From positions 46,686,001 through 46,750,000 of the forward strand of contig OZ076414.1 of NCBI GenBank assembly GCA_964187785.1: DNA of 64,000 bases. Reading direction: 5' to 3'. The DNA comes from Amphiscolops sp. MND2022. Taxonomy: Eukaryota. Shown here piece after piece: positions 35,200-49,800 of this stretch (position 1 is the stretch's first letter; every line of letters starts with the position of its first letter). The notes under the pieces were generated by a model. The model had not been told where the DNA came from, searched no databases, and was given only the letters and a program-made list of their open reading frames with translations. A program made the position numbers and the translations under genes.

Positions 35200-36160
35200 A
35201 GACGTTAAAACTGGAGAGGAGAAAAATCTATCCGGAGCTGGTTCAGTGCCGTGACAAGACAAGCATCAACTTCATCAGTGGGTATAAGCCGAATGGGACT
35301 GCAGCCTACACAGCTTTAACGAAATTCTTCAAGTCAACTGAACCACCTCGGATTAAATCTGTGATGACAAAACTCACTGGTCACAAATGACATCACGGTA
35401 GAAGATGACTGACAATTACCAAAGCAGAGAGGCTCAAGCTAGATCAGGCTGTAGCGGGAAGAGCAGTCTCAAATACTAAAGGTTTTTCCCAATGACTTCG
35501 ACAGTGTGGTGGTAGTCCTCAACTTCGACACAGCGATGGGATACCATGAGATGATGCAGGATTTGATCAGCTTCGCAGCAACCAGGAGTAAGGGTGACTC
35601 CAGTGGGACGTCGATGACAGCCTTACATTCAGCTGGGAAGGAACCATCTAAAACCTTCAGGTGTGGCAACCTGGGACATCGAGAAAAAGACTGCCAATCG
35701 TACGCCGCAGGCTTGCTTTAACAGTGGTCAGAAGTGTCATCTGGCTTCTTCTTGCAGAATGGGACTGGAACGGAGCGTAAGCGAAGGTTGAGCATTGCGT
35801 CAATCAAACAACCACTCATCAGCAGTTTTATTAGGTTTTGAGGCTTCAGTGTCGGACGCTCCAACAACGGGAGCAATGTGCTCCTCGCTGACTCTAGGTG
35901 CAACTGCTTCATAACCAAGAACAGGGAGCTAATTTGTGAGATAGACTAGAAACTCCCCGCAGACGTATGCAACACTAACAGCAGCGGTCATTGAGAGATT
36001 ACAGGACGTCGGACAGTGCGATGATGTATAGAGGACAACACGGGCTATTCCTCTCTACTGAAACTAAAGGATGCCTTCTGGGTGCCATCCTACGCGAGGA
36101 ATCTGGTGTCAGTGGAACTGGAGTATCAACTGGATGCACACCGGTAGAAGACATCTGTTT
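35200..36160 (+). mobile_element. Ty1/copia gag-protease remnant
   Basis: RRKIYPELVQC...AAYTALTKFF gag-like block; FRCGNLGHREKDC knuckle; KLKDAFWVPSYARNLVSV, matching the copia LYVP..NLLSV motif. Confidence 0.7.
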
Positions 36161-38999
36161 CGAGGCTGAAACACCATCGCTGGAACTTTGTGTTTATAAT
36201 CAAGGGACTTTGTTATCCAGCTTTGCAACAAATTCAAACGTAATGGTTCAAAAATTGTTCTTCAGAAACACGCCTCTACCGTACCTGCAGAGAGTGAGTG
36301 AAACTCATAACTCAAAGATGTTCTCAGTGAGCGAATAAATGCATTAAAGTCTAGGCTAAATGTGCAACCTGATGTCCTTCTGTTGCATGCGAAATTGTTT
36401 TGCTTGTTGCTTGAATGTAGAAGTAGACTCGCCTTCGGTTCTAGAATCCCGGATCACCTGATCACTATCAGGCAAAAAGACTAGAATTTTCTGCGGAAGA
36501 GACTCGAACAAAACTGCGGGAAAGCATTGAAAACTTTATTCAACTAAAAGACTATACCTTTGCATGCTTTTCGCAGTTCAAGACAGTTCACAGCTCTCTT
36601 CATGGGTGAGGTTTTTGACAATGAAGCACAATATTTAGAACTCACGTACCAGTCATCCGACGCAAAATACAGATTATTCTGTAGTTTGGAATTAAGTATA
36701 TGCACGCTTATTGGCTAACAAATACACATTCGCGAAACATGCTGTCCGATTCGGTCTGCACAACAAACAGTTAACGTAAAATATGTATTGGGCAAGAACA
36801 AAGACAATGGGGTCGGGGAACGTCAACAAAGCACACATAACATTCAGCGCGTTGTCACTGTGAATTTTCATGAACTCAGAATTTCGTTTGCATTCAAAAT
36901 TTAAATATCATGTTTTCAATCACGAGTTTAGATGAAGAAAGAGTAAATTTTCGCGTTTTTTGAAGGATAGGTAACACAGCATCTTCATTGTTATACGTGG
37001 CAATCTTGTTTTACGTCACATCAACCGAGCAGCGGGGAGGGTTGCAATTTGCTTCCGGAGCGAAAAACCGGTTCTGTCAACCTTCAAGGGGACGCGAATA
37101 AAGGATGCCCAGTACGCTCCGAGTTGACTTGCTGCAGTTCCGGGAAAACATGGTGTACTGCATCCCGGCGAAGTGGTCCTGTTCACTTCATTGACCGCAC
37201 ACTGTGTGTTGACGGTACTAGGACTAGCTGCTTTGATGACCACCACACCGAAGATCGGGGAGGCTTTGGAAGAGAGAGTTTAGCGCCCTCTCCGAGGGCG
37301 AAAAATCAACCTCAAGGAGTGAGACGTGTCTTAAGAGAGCCGGGTATCTGTAGTGCGAAATTGGGGAAAAAGACGGTACAGGGTTTCCTGAGTTGAGGGT
37401 CGCTTTGAAATATTATTGTAATACAAATCATAAAACGACGCTTCTTCAAGGGTACTTAACCTGATTTTGTCGTTCCAATTTGCACCGCTTTTAGTCTGCA
37501 AACGAGTTCGATGAATCTTTCCATATTTTTGGAATTTTTTTGGAAAGAGCATATCAACAGATGTTGTCATGTTAATTAGCGTGAAACGAATAAATTGCGA
37601 CATACCCCAGTGGGCAAGAACTTAAATTTCAATTTCATGCCAACTAGTTTTTCATAAATTATTTCGTGTTTCACTCATGTAGCATTTACTATACAGTTTT
37701 TCATATCCCCCTAATCATGTAGCCATCAAAGCGTCGTGTTTCTTTAGTCTTTATTTTACTCATCTGTTGTGAAAGGAGTGAAAACATGATAAAAACCACG
37801 AACTTTAGTTGTCATTAGCGTACGAAGTATCAAATTATTCACGAAGAAGTTTATAACCAGTGATTTACGAAAGCACTGTAACAGTGATTACAATTGCAAT
37901 TTTTAGTCGCCGTTCAGGTGACGATTTATTACGTAAACCAGTGCTGTAGCAGGTGAGAAAGTGCAACTATGATGATTAACAACACCTGCAGTAACCAGGC
38001 GTACATATTACCATGTTATACTTAGGACCTTACCTACCAACCATCCGGAAGAACGCATTTAGTCAAGTCATACTAACACGCAATTTTAGATTTGAAGTAC
38101 TAATTGCAAAAAGATATTGTTCAATGCGACCTTTGTAACCTTGACGTACAGATGTTCTAGACTTCAACAGTTCATCTCTATTATTAAACTGATTCTAAAC
38201 TGAATCGTATAGTTTTTTTGAAATCCTCTCAAAAGTCACTCTTCAATCCATACAACATTCTCTCTATAGTAACCACGAAATAACAAACTTTCAAAAATAA
38301 GCAAATTTACCAAGTTTAAATAGAAACAATTGGCGACGATGAAAATCACGCTAGCTTCCCTGATCCCTACTTGGGAAGGTTTTTTTCCTTCTGACTCTAG
38401 TGAGTAAGTTATCCAAGCTAATGAAAGACATCATGAAAGAGTCGAGATTCAACAACGAGTTATATACGAACCATCAAAGTGGGAAATTGACAGGTCTGGT
38501 TAGAGCCCTAACGGAAACTATTCAATATAGCAAAAAGAAGAGCAGCCAAATTGCTGACGGTGGTAAGGCGTCAAGTTGCTCGGACATGTTTCGGCCTGTA
38601 GATCAGTATCTACCTGTGATATTAGGAAAAGATGAATTTTTTGTATTGTTGTTCATTACATCAAAGAGTGAAGGTTCTAATAGGTACGTGTTTCCTTTTT
38701 GAACGATGCTGCAATCAATTACCTTTCTGGTGTGTTTTTGGAATGATCAGGGGACGTTCATCGACATATCTTGAACGCTTTCATGAGATGTTTGAAACGC
38801 GGTAAAATCCATAAGATCAAAAAAATAAAGTGGCAGATATTTGCCTCGGATCCCTTTCGGAAAAGTTTTAGTCCAGTTTTGGTGTTACTGAGGAAATGCC
38901 TCCTTCTCGGGGGTTAGAAAACTTTTTTCGGACAATATCCTTTCAAGAAAGTTTTCTTTCCGAGGGAGATGCCGCAACCACTTCTAGAAAGTCGGAGCA

Positions 39000-41740
39000 T
39001 TATTTAACCTTTCTACCTCAATGATGAAACCACTGGCGGTATCGTGAAATTGGTTAGGAGATACTTTTGTCGAACTGCAACCTGCTGTGCAGAAGATCGG
39101 ACTTCGGAGCAGTGCAGAGCTTAGCTTAGTTTTGATATATGCGATAGCATCTGCATAGCTGGCGTCATTCTGCTAGCATATATTTGCCGCGAAGCGTTTC
39201 ATAACGCTGGGTGCTGTTGGTCCCACGCACCCTGTTCACGCAAAGACTAAACAGTTGAAGCTTGAAAGTTCAACTTCGATTATTCTTTGCTCATATTTCA
39301 GCTGTTTTCAGACTCATGGATTGTATAAGCATCAGGAATTGAAATTTGGCAGCTCTTCCCCAAGGGGTTGAAGAACTTCACATCAAACTAGGTTTTGCTG
39401 AAGCGCGTTTCCCAGAGTCCATTTGTTTTTATTTCCAACCTAGTTTCACCTTCAGTGGTTGTAGTTCGATGATCTAAGGACTCACCGTGGAACGATTGAA
39501 GATGAGGTTCGATTCTGACGTCATGGCATTCTTCGTTCATGAGCTCAGCAATCGTATCTTGGATGGCATCGTGTCACATATGTGTATACCCTCTTTTGGG
39601 GCAACGAAGGGCATGAGAAATTGAAAATATTTGACCACAAGGGCAAGTGGCCTGCAGATGTTGTGGTACCCAGTAATATCTGAGAGCAAAACTGTCTTGA
39701 AATTCCGACTTGATCAAGTTGAAGTGATACCGCCTCTTTGTTAGGGCATTCAAATAAAGATCCTTTTTCGGCGGCGAGAGTGAGAAAATAAAGCTCCTCA
39801 GAATTCAAACCGGTCAGTGTTGCATATTCTTTGGCTTGCGCGTTCTGCTATTTCTCTACTTTTTCAGAGCGGCAATGGCCAAGAGCGGCGGATTGGACAG
39901 GTATCGGATAAAAAACAGACATTGCTTCCAATCTTTCGTATTCGTGGGAGCTATCTTCAAGGAGTCTGATATTCAATCCTCCTGTACGCACTGGCAGAAA
40001 GGTTTTTATGTATTTTGCCAAGTTAGTCTCAGTGTCAAGTGGGTTTGGTAGAAGCTCTTTTCTGACCTCCATTTCACATTTTTTCATTAGGCTTTCACTC
40101 TTGGGGGATTTTTTGCAGATGAAATTGAACTTCTATTGCACTGATGGGGGAGGGATTCGTGACCATTTCGACGGGACATTCTGTCGTGCTTTGGTAGTTT
40201 TCGCATGACTTCCTTGTGTTCTTTGGACTTTCCATGTAAGAATTTCTTGCAAGAATCACTTGAACGGATGACTGATCCTAACTCTCAATGACCATCGACC
40301 ACGTCGACGTTAGTTTCTTTGAAATTTTGGGAGGCTCATTTTTGGTAAGATGGCATTGTGTGACATGATATCCAAAGAATGGCCGATGAGTTTTTAGCTG
40401 CTTGAGTGTTTCAATTGGATCATCTATTTTCCCGAAGGCTTCGCCTTCGTCAGACTACCTATTTTGGACAACATTTATTTTTGAAACTAGATTAGTCAAT
40501 GGCAGTAGGCCGGCTCCATACATGGCCATTGCTAGTGGATCGCCCTGATTGGTTTTTTTGTGAGAAGCTTTTTCTTTCACAATGGAAACTTCGATGGGTG
40601 GTGGTTTGAGGTTCGAACAGCAGTGTATAGGGAGAAGACATTTTTCAAATCCTTGCCTGTTGATGATTGAGGCAGTTTTGGCATCAATTTGGTAAATTGC
40701 TTCGCTTTCATCGGAGTTGAATGCTTCGCCAAGTGAAGGAATAGCATTCTCAATTCATTCCACAATTTTGCCCTCGGCATAACTGTACGTTGCCTCCCAG
40801 TAGATTCAAGTCTAACTGAATACATGTTAAAATTGTTCGACCGATGATCCTTCTCCACAATTCTCCCCCGATCGGTCTAATTCCGGGGTTTTTGTCCAAA
40901 GCTATGAGTCACCACGAGTTATAGCTTCCGAGGAATTCCAGTTTTCTGTGTCAATCTCGTTTGCAGACTCCGCAATTACTTTACACAGCATTACGATACA
41001 TATGCCGCAAAAGTGGAAATTATCATCAAGAGTAAACTGTATTTTCCGTAAAACGAGAGCGTACCGTATTCTAGTCAAACAGTGCATCGTGTTCATCATG
41101 GATTGTGATGCACAGTGGAATCAGAAATTGCGGATTGTGATCACTGAGCGTACGTAATCAGAGAAAAGTGGAAACCAGTCACATTTTGGTACACACCGTG
41201 AGTAAAAAGAACTCGAAACCATGCTTCCATTCATGTGTGAAGTAGAAATCAGTCAAAGTACCTAATTGTAGACAGTGTAAAGTAGTCATTTACTGTATTT
41301 TAATCACTACGCGTAACGCAAACCTCGTAACGCGTATCTGAAATAAGAACGCGTTTTTATTGGCTGTTAATCGAACTAGCAAGATCTTGCTAGTTTGTTG
41401 CGGCATATGTATCGTAATGAGTCTAGAAGATGATGTCTTGAAGGTTGTCAGAAAGCTGTGCCATTTATCGCATTGACTCCAGAGGGAACGAATGGGGTTA
41501 ACAACCATGACTATTGTCATGGCATTAACAACCAATGCCATGAGTATTTAATTTGTTGCGCTTGATTACAGAAGCATCGATTTTGTTGAAGAACATTGGA
41601 TGATAGGGTAACGTGTTTTCATCATTTTGAAGGATATATTCTTGATTGATGATGTGGGGATGTTTTTCTTTGAGAAAATCTATAACAGTATACTTGCTCA
41701 TTTTCGGAACAATGTCAAAAACTCTACATTTCATTTCATT
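39000..41740 (-). mobile_element. RLE-type (CRE/NeSL-like) non-LTR retrotransposon remnant
   Basis: HPMFFNKID; DKNPGIRPIG; LPVRTGGLNI; CHDVRIEPHLQ...RLEIKTNGLW...FDVKFFNP restriction-like endonuclease region. Confidence 0.78.
40989..41419. mobile_element. 431-bp MITE with perfect 22-bp TIRs inserted in the RLE LINE
   Basis: CATTACGATACATATGCCGCAA (40989-41010) is the exact reverse complement of 41398-41419; AG on both flanks. Confidence 0.85.
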
Positions 41741-41799
41741 CCAGAAACCAATGAGTATGGTCTTCCAAAATGAGCAAAAGACACCTTATACCATTTTAA

Positions 41800-44700
41800 G
41801 TTGGTCGATCACCGCAGACTAAGCCTGCGCTGCATCCAGAACTCGCATCAAATAGTATGGGAAAGCTGCTAACTTGCTGAATATGGGCCAGTTTATGTGT
41901 GGTTGTTCCGCTTGTGCATTTTTGAACCATGTTCCGATGGATTTATGAACACGAGGTAAAAGTTCGTTACATTTGCGGAGGCATTCTTGTAGCTCTCGAA
42001 ATCCCTGCTCATTGCCGGACAACAAGATGTGAGCTTCATCATATTTCAAATACACCAGCATGGGTTCCATGAGCTCTTTCGATAACGTTTCCACGTAAAC
42101 TCGTAGGTATAAATGGCCTTGCACCGTTATACCCTAGATCATTCTGGACAGTTAGAAATTGTGTCAATTTCTTGAGAGGCATTTCTTGTTGGGAGCCGTC
42201 CGACAATTGGCCGCTGATGATGCGCTTTATCACTATCTTAATCAGCGGGTATGTTAAAAAATCAGCTCTGACATTAAATGATTGGTATTGCTTTGCAGGT
42301 TGCAAAGTTGACTTCACTGTAGACAATCGTGACTTCAAGCTCATCGGCTTCATTCGTTTGGAATTGGAGGCGGATCATAACATCTGCTTGTAGAATTTTC
42401 CGGCCTTCCTGATAAACGACATCATCGTCCAAAGCCCTCATTAAGACATTCCACCTGAAAATTCTCGCTGATGCGGTCTCAAAATCTTTTTGCTCGGGGG
42501 CGAAATGAACTCCAGTGGTTTATGGTCAATGGATAGTCTGAATTTTTGTCCCAGCAAAACTTTTTGTTCACCACCGATGACTCATACATTGACCAATGCT
42601 TCTCTCTTCATTATTAGAATAACGCGAATCCGCTGCCTGCCGACAAACTCCTTGACACGTAGATTACCACATCTCCTTCTTCGTGACAAAACTTCGCCGA
42701 TGGCATTTTATCTGCGACGGTTGTCATAGTGACCTCCTTTTTTGAGCAATAAGGCTGCACCAAGGGCTTAGATGCTAGTTATTTCTTCTGTAAAGTGAAA
42801 GCAATTTGACATATTTCGAAAGTTGTCTCAGGTTTTCGTAATTCAGAGATCGGGCTCAGTTTAATTCAGAACTTTATGATGAACCTACTGTAGAAATTAA
42901 GTAATCTACAAAACTGTTCCACTTTTTTGACATTGGACGGTGGTAACATGTTCAATCATTTATTGACATTCAGATCATCTGACTGTATGCCTTTTGCTGA
43001 AGTGGTGTATCCCAAAAAAGATTTATGTGTTTTGATTGTACCAGACCTGTTTCGTTTATCGTAAAGTTTTGGTCTTTCAATCGATCGCTCACCGCTTGGA
43101 CTCGCTTCCTGGATTGACTGTTGTTCATTTCGAAAACCAGGACGTCATCATGAAAGATAATAATTCCTGCCAAACCTTTCAACACATCCTCGGTACTCTC
43201 TTGGCAGGTGGCTGAAGCATTTTCCTTACTTTGTTGCAGCTTCTTCACTCAGTACAGTCCCTGAGAGGTTTTAATTGTATCATTTTTCTGGGTTTCGTCA
43301 TCCAATTCGATTGGACCATACGCTGACGTCAAGTCGATCTTTGCAAATGATTTGTCAAATTCAATTAGTGAAATAGTGTTTCCGTGCCAGGCAGGTGGTG
43401 AGCCTCTGTTTTTATTTTGTCATTGACATGGACATCGTAGGCACCGCAAAGTCAAAGAGATCTGTCCATTTGTCTTTGTCATACTATAGGTGTGGTATTC
43501 AACTTTCCGGGGCGACTGATTCTCTGATTCCCTGACCTTCCAGTTTGGTCAATTTTTTCTTGAATTGATACTGCATAGCTAATGGGATTTTTTGAACACT
43601 GCAAAACTTGGATTTGGCGTCTGGTTTTAGTTCCCTTGTCGCATGTTCGTCTTCCACTGCTGATAAAGGAGCACAGAGGTTCAAATAGGCTAACTGGTTA
43701 AGTTGGTTGACATGTGTAATGTCTCGTCCAGTAAAACTGTAACATTTCTCAGATTTGACTACAGCAACTCGATGTGTGTATGTGCGCCCTTTCCATATTA
43801 TTTCGCAGCCCAATGACCCTCGTGTCTCATTAAGTGGCCATCATAAGCGTTATTGAATTGTGCATTTGACATAATTCGATCAAAATTTTTGTGATCGAAG
43901 ATCTTGATTGTTTCTGCAGTTTAGGCTTCTATTCATTATTTTCATCTTCTTTCCATTCAGGAGCACGTTGAACAAGGTTTAATTCTTCAACAGGGTTCGT
44001 AAAGTACATTTCGTCATCCCTTGTTTCAATAACCTGTTCATCAGCCTTGTCAGAGGCGTTGTTCACGCTCTTCCTTTTTTTGCGCCAGCCTTTTTGATCA
44101 GTGTTGCGCCAGACATTCTCTTAGTGCCCTTTCATTTTGCATGAAATGCAAACTTCGTTGATGGCTGGACATTCAAACTTTTGATGGGTTGGCTTCGCGC
44201 CACATCTAGCGCATTTTGAAGGTCTTTTGCTAAATCTGTTTCTGACGTTGCGTGTTTTCTGCGAAAATGCTACATTATCCGAAAACAAGGTTGATTCCGG
44301 GCCTGATAGAAACTTCATTGCCTGTTATCTGTGTTTGAGTGTTCCTAGTAGTTCTTCCATTGTCAAATCCTTGTTGAATCGTAGTGCGCTTAAAAATGTG
44401 AGTTTCTCTTCTTTATCGTTCAAGCCTGCCAAAAACGCAGTCTAATCAGTTCCGCTTCAAGATCTGCGCATCTTTTCAGAGTTTCGAAATTGCAGTAACG
44501 AGCAGCTTCTTTGAGTCTAGCCCGGAAGTCCGTTTCAGTCTCGTCACTTCCTTGATCAGTGAAGAGGAACATTGTTCTTTCGGCAATGACTAATCAATTG
44601 GCTGGCTTGAAGTAGGCAATTTTTTTTCGCATTGAGGTCAGCGAAGATGTCTTCAATGTATTTGGGCACAATCAAGCTGCTACGTTTCTTCAGTGCTTCA

Positions 44701-44900
44701 AGGCCACATCGGTTGATAATGAAATCCGTGCTTCGGTAAACGTTGTGCAGTCCACTTGTCGGATCGTTTTTTTTATCCTGCTTTATTTCAGTTGTCGCCG
44801 CCTTTGCTTTGGAAGAAGTAAGCCTCGTCAAGTCATCTTCTGGTCCATTTCGAATTCCAGTCAATTCTCGTCTTGAGAAACTGAATTTTCTAAAAAAACC
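41800..44900 (-). mobile_element. Ty3/gypsy gag-pol remnant (Mag-like), decayed, LTRs not identified
   Basis: CARCGAKPTHQKFECPAINEVCISCKMKGH double knuckle; IIFHDDVLV RT; ERAHGTHAG integrase zinc motif; short, unlike E1/E2. Confidence 0.78.
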
Positions 44901-45893
44901 ACGTTTGGGTTTGAAACCACATTAAAATTCCTTTCAACAGACTTCAAGTCAGTTATTGCTCCGCGAAAATTAGGCTCAATGAGAGCAAAACTGATGAAGT
45001 TTAAAATTATTCAAATAACTCAGTTTGAGTTCGTTGCTTGATTTGTTCTTTTTTGATCATTGGTTTACCTTTAACTTTTTCGCGTTCTTCCTTTTGACCA
45101 CCCAACTGAGAAAAGATGTAGTTCCGGTTTTTTCTTGATTGTATTTTGTTTTAGTTCCAACTTGACCGAAAGGTGTGTCTTTTTTCGCGTTGACAAAATG
45201 TTGCTCACGCGTATGATAATGACCTGGAGGACTTCAGTTAACAGAAGAGGTTTTCACTACCGCTGCATTGACAGTACACAATCCGCAGCAGTTTTTGGCT
45301 TCAGGGTTCCCATTATCTTAATCAATTGCTTCACGGTCAAACCCTTGATATTGCTCGATATGTGTTCGGAAAAACTGTTGCTAATTTTGTCCTGCCAAAA
45401 AAAACTTTTTGATCTTCAGGACACCGTGATTGATGATCTTCTGAAGTTTCATGAGTTCATTGTTCGAGAATCAATTGAACGACAAACCTCTGAGTGTAGT
45501 TGATTGTTTTTCGATTACCAATCTTCGGGGAATTTTTGACTCGGTGACGGCATTATCGAAACAAAAAGCACCATGGAAATGTATCAATGCTTTAGTCTGG
45601 ACACTAATTTGTCGTATCACTAGACAAAAGAAAATCTTTGCAGCGAAGATTAATTGAAGTTGACAACATTCAGAGCAAAGAAATGCAAATTAAAAGAAAC
45701 ATATGAATAATACACACGAAACGACACATACAATTGTTTCAGCCTCCCGGCCTTGGTGTCTCTGATATTTTTCTCCAGAAATCGCTAGGCTGAAATTCTT
45801 GTTTTTCTACAATTGGCGTATCGGCACGAGTAGTTGGCTCGAGTGCTTGACATTTTCAGCAAATGAAGTTTTCGTGATGATCTTTTGCCGATT

Positions 45894-46337
45894 TCAGACT
45901 ATTACATTTGATGTGCATAAAGATGCACTGGATGCAAGAGCATCCACAACCGTGACATCCCACACCAGCTGTTTACCCATTTCCCAAGGAATCATGGTAA
46001 CACTGTCTGGGCGTTTGCCATCAGTGCGGTACAATCCACGCGGTCCGAGCATTGAAGGCGAGTCGAGAGATCCCAACGCCTGCTTTATGCGCGAATTGAG
46101 AATAGCATGGCGTGAAAAGCGACAAGCACACTTTGTGCAAGAAAGACCGTGTAAGCCGTCCTGTTCAATTCTTTTAACACAGTGGCTCGCATGCGCAACA
46201 AAGATATTGGCTTCAAGACGGAAACTAATTGAAATCCGAAGCTGCTGATCATCAAGTTTCAGGCCTAGGTTCCTGTAAGGAACAACGTTCAACCATTGAG
46301 GCCCGAATTTGCCTTGATGAGCGTTAAAAACTTCCAA
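45894..46337 (-). pseudogene. C-terminal zinc knuckle + restriction-like endonuclease fragment of a second RLE LINE
   Basis: GLHGLSC...RHAILN; DGKRPDSVTMIPWEMGKQLVWDVTVVDALAS (RPD...WD motif). Confidence 0.82.
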
Positions 46338-46879
46338 GCGTTAGTCATCTATTCAAGTTCAAGAAATCAAATATTGAACGGTTTTGACGTAGACAGGTTG
46401 TGTCCAATTTTTCAGGGTTCCATCGAGAGGATTTTCCTGTTCATTCGTCAAACTCACCATTTCTCAAGTGCTCTTGTAAACGAAACATCTTCGATTGTTT
46501 CCGAGAAAATCTTCGTGAGAAAATCACTCGCATCGAAAGCTGCGGCCGAAAAGGCGGAAAGTGATAATAATGATGCAGATGAAACCCCAAGACCGCCCAT
46601 TTCAGCGGACAGAGCTAGTTGAGTACTCGAAATTGTCGAAGTTTACGTTACACACTTAGGAAACTCCGTCGCGTATGGTTTTGTCATACTTTTCTAAGAG
46701 CTGGATGATTAAAAACATGTACTGGTTCTCAAGAAGTACAACAACTTTGGCAGAGAGAGAGGACACTATTTTGTTTGTAAGTTGATTGCTGATAGCTTAC
46801 CATACAATAAATGTATATGACTTATGCAAGCATAATAAGTTTTCTCGAAAATTCACAACAAGTTTTAAAAAAGAAAACC

Positions 46880-49800
46880 AGGTTTATTTGTAGCGGAAAT
46901 CACGACAGGTACTAGCTCCTTGGATAAGAACTGCATTTGACTCTCTTTTCAGATGAATTTTCAATCGAATTTTGAAATTATGTACACTCACACTTGAATC
47001 TCGCATTTGTAGCGGTAGTGAGTTCCAATTGAGTGAAGTAGTGGGTGAAGCACTATGAAACAACGAAAAGAAGGACGTTGAAACAGATAAAAAAATACCC
47101 ATATAGATAACTTGATTGCTACGGGAAGTCCATCGATTTGTTGCCGTAGGTAATTTCAACTGATTTTGAAAAGATTTTTTCTGACTAAAAAAGTACTGAA
47201 AGAAATAAATCAAAGATTTGAACATAATCAAGTGACGTATACTGATTATACCCTTGTTTTTTCTCAATTCATAAGAAGACTTTTTCTTTGAACGGAAAAA
47301 CACGCTCTTCAAAGACCAATTCTTTTGTTTTTCTAGTGAGAGCAATAAAGAAGAAATAATATTGAAGAAAAACAGAAGACAATAGTCCAGGTTACTCATC
47401 ACAAGTGCGTGGAAAAGCATAAGAAGTACTCCTGTTGGGAACCTGTGCTGCGTAGTTTCAACAGTTTTTATACCGACTGCCATATTTTTAGCATCATTTT
47501 AACTTCTTTTTGGAATCCAAATTGTTGATCTGATCAATGGTTACATTTAAGTGTTTGCAATTGTCTGACTTCTTCACTATAGTGGAGCCTACAATAACTG
47601 TTTCCAAGTCGTTGAGGCGTTTATCATTTTTGAGGGAGAAGGTAATGAATTCTGTTTTACTTGCATTCAAGTTCAATTTCTTGAGAGAAAAGACTTCTTC
47701 TGACTTATATAAATTGAGTTGTAAATCTTGAAGAGCAACCTCGGATTTTTTGTTTCAAAAAATTAAACAATCGTCAGCACAGTGTAATATATGAGCAGTT
47801 TCGCTCATAATTTCTGCAAGATCATTCACATACAAGTTGAAAAATAGCGGTTCTTTGACTGTTCCTTGGGGAACACCTTGTTTCAATTCAATTCATCCAG
47901 ATAAAACACCGTTTACAAACACTTGTTGCAATCGACCAGTCAAAAAAATTTTACAACTTGTATCGCTGAATGTGAAACAGGTAACGACTGAAGGTTCTTG
48001 AGAAGACTTTGGTATGAAAGTGAGTCAAGTGCTTTTGATAGATCAAGTAGGACAGCATGTACAATATTCCCAATTTCGATCTCGTGTTGGATTGTTTCAA
48101 TAAAATACAAAATAGCATCTTGCGCAGAAACTTTCGATCGGAAACCATATTGAAGGGGTGTGAGTATCCCACGACTCTATGCATAAGCAGTTATTTGTTT
48201 GTGCAAACATTTCGCGAGGTTTTTAGGAAATGTAGTAGTGATAGAAATGGGGCGATAATTTATTTCGTCCAACATGTGATCTTTTTTGGAAATTGGAGTT
48301 ATCACTGCCCTTTTTAACATTGAAGGGACGACACAATCCTAAATGCAATCATTTAAAACGAATGTCAGATAAAAGACTAAGGTTTGTTGACCGTCACTAA
48401 TTGTCCAAGCAGGTACTTTGCAAGGGCCAGTTGGTTTGTGAGGATTTATTTGTTTCAGAATATCTTGAGAACCTTTTTCTGTTATTGGGCAAACGCTGAT
48501 CGACTCATCACGAGCCTTATACATAGGAGCATCCGCATACTCTCTACCAAAATATTGACCACGAATCGCGAAGATGAGGATGAAGTGTTCCGCAGTTTTC
48601 TTATCGGCGACAATGAAGTCTACAGAAGAACTTTTCAAAGCTGCAATGTTAACTGATTGACTTTGACCCCTAACGTTGTTTATAAAATCCCAGCGGTCTT
48701 TTGACGATTTGAGAGATAAAACAATTCCAAGAAAATCTTTCTTGTTTTTCTTTCACGACAGACATTAATTTCGATCGTAGTTCACTATATAAAGACCAAT
48801 TTTCGGGTGATGATTTCTTGGAGTAATTTTCATAAGCCAGCTGCCGTTCATGCAGTTAGTTTTTGCATTCTTCGTCAAACCAAGTCTCTTCTCTTTGAAA
48901 AATTATGAAGTTTTTTTTCAGGAACACGTTTTTGAAAGGAGCATGCTTTTCCAGAGCACTTAATAGCAGATATACAATCATATTGAACATATCATTAGAA
49001 TTGATAGATTTTGGACCAAGGAATATCAGACAATGTTTGGCAAAAAGCATCCTTTACGTATTTTGTCCAATCAAATTTGGGTAACCTTATGCCTTTTCTT
49101 TTACCCGTACTTACTTCTGTGAACAAAACAGAGCAAAAGTGATCAGTTTTGAAAGGAGTACCAAAAACAAAACTTTTTTCATCATCCATATTTTCAGCTA
49201 GTATGTAATCAATGTGGGTTTTGGTGGACTTGCATACTCGAGGTGGTAAACACGAAGAGGCTACTGTAAACGCAGATAGTAACACTACTGTGTCCAGCGT
49301 TATTCCCATGAAAGATTCACAAGATGCATTGTTAAAGTTTGTCATTACTTGTTCGAGGAAGTCAATTAGATATTTATTCAGGGGATTGTATGTTATATTC
49401 AAGAGTATTCTAGACTTGAAGTTTTTGAAACATTTTTGCGCCATTCTACCCACAACGATTCAAAAGCTGAGTTAACGAAAAGATTTAAATCATCACGTTC
49501 GCTGGGAGCAATACCATTAACAGCGTTTTTGCCCATGTCGCTGATAAAAGTCTTTAATAGCATATGCTTTTTATATACATCTTGGAAATTCAGATAAACA
49601 AAGCGTAAATTGTTTTTATACATCTCAGAAACTTTGAAAAAGTATTCGTAGCACATCTCAGGATCTGGAATCAGTTCAATGTCAACACAGCATATCATCC
49701 AAAGTTCAGCATGGAAAAGGAAGATAATTACTTTGTCAGATAACCCGGTGTCTGAGGGAGAGTACTTTATCAGACTTTTGTAAACACAATTAAGTAGTTC

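Noticed and set aside
37016-37396. GC-richer island with overlapping ORFs as a possible gene
   Set aside because: No recognisable motif in any frame; probably an unidentifiable TE fragment.
45737-45795. 9-bp inverted repeat TTTCAGCCT/AGGCTGAAA as a mini-MITE
   Set aside because: Too short, no TSD and no second copy; compatible with chance.
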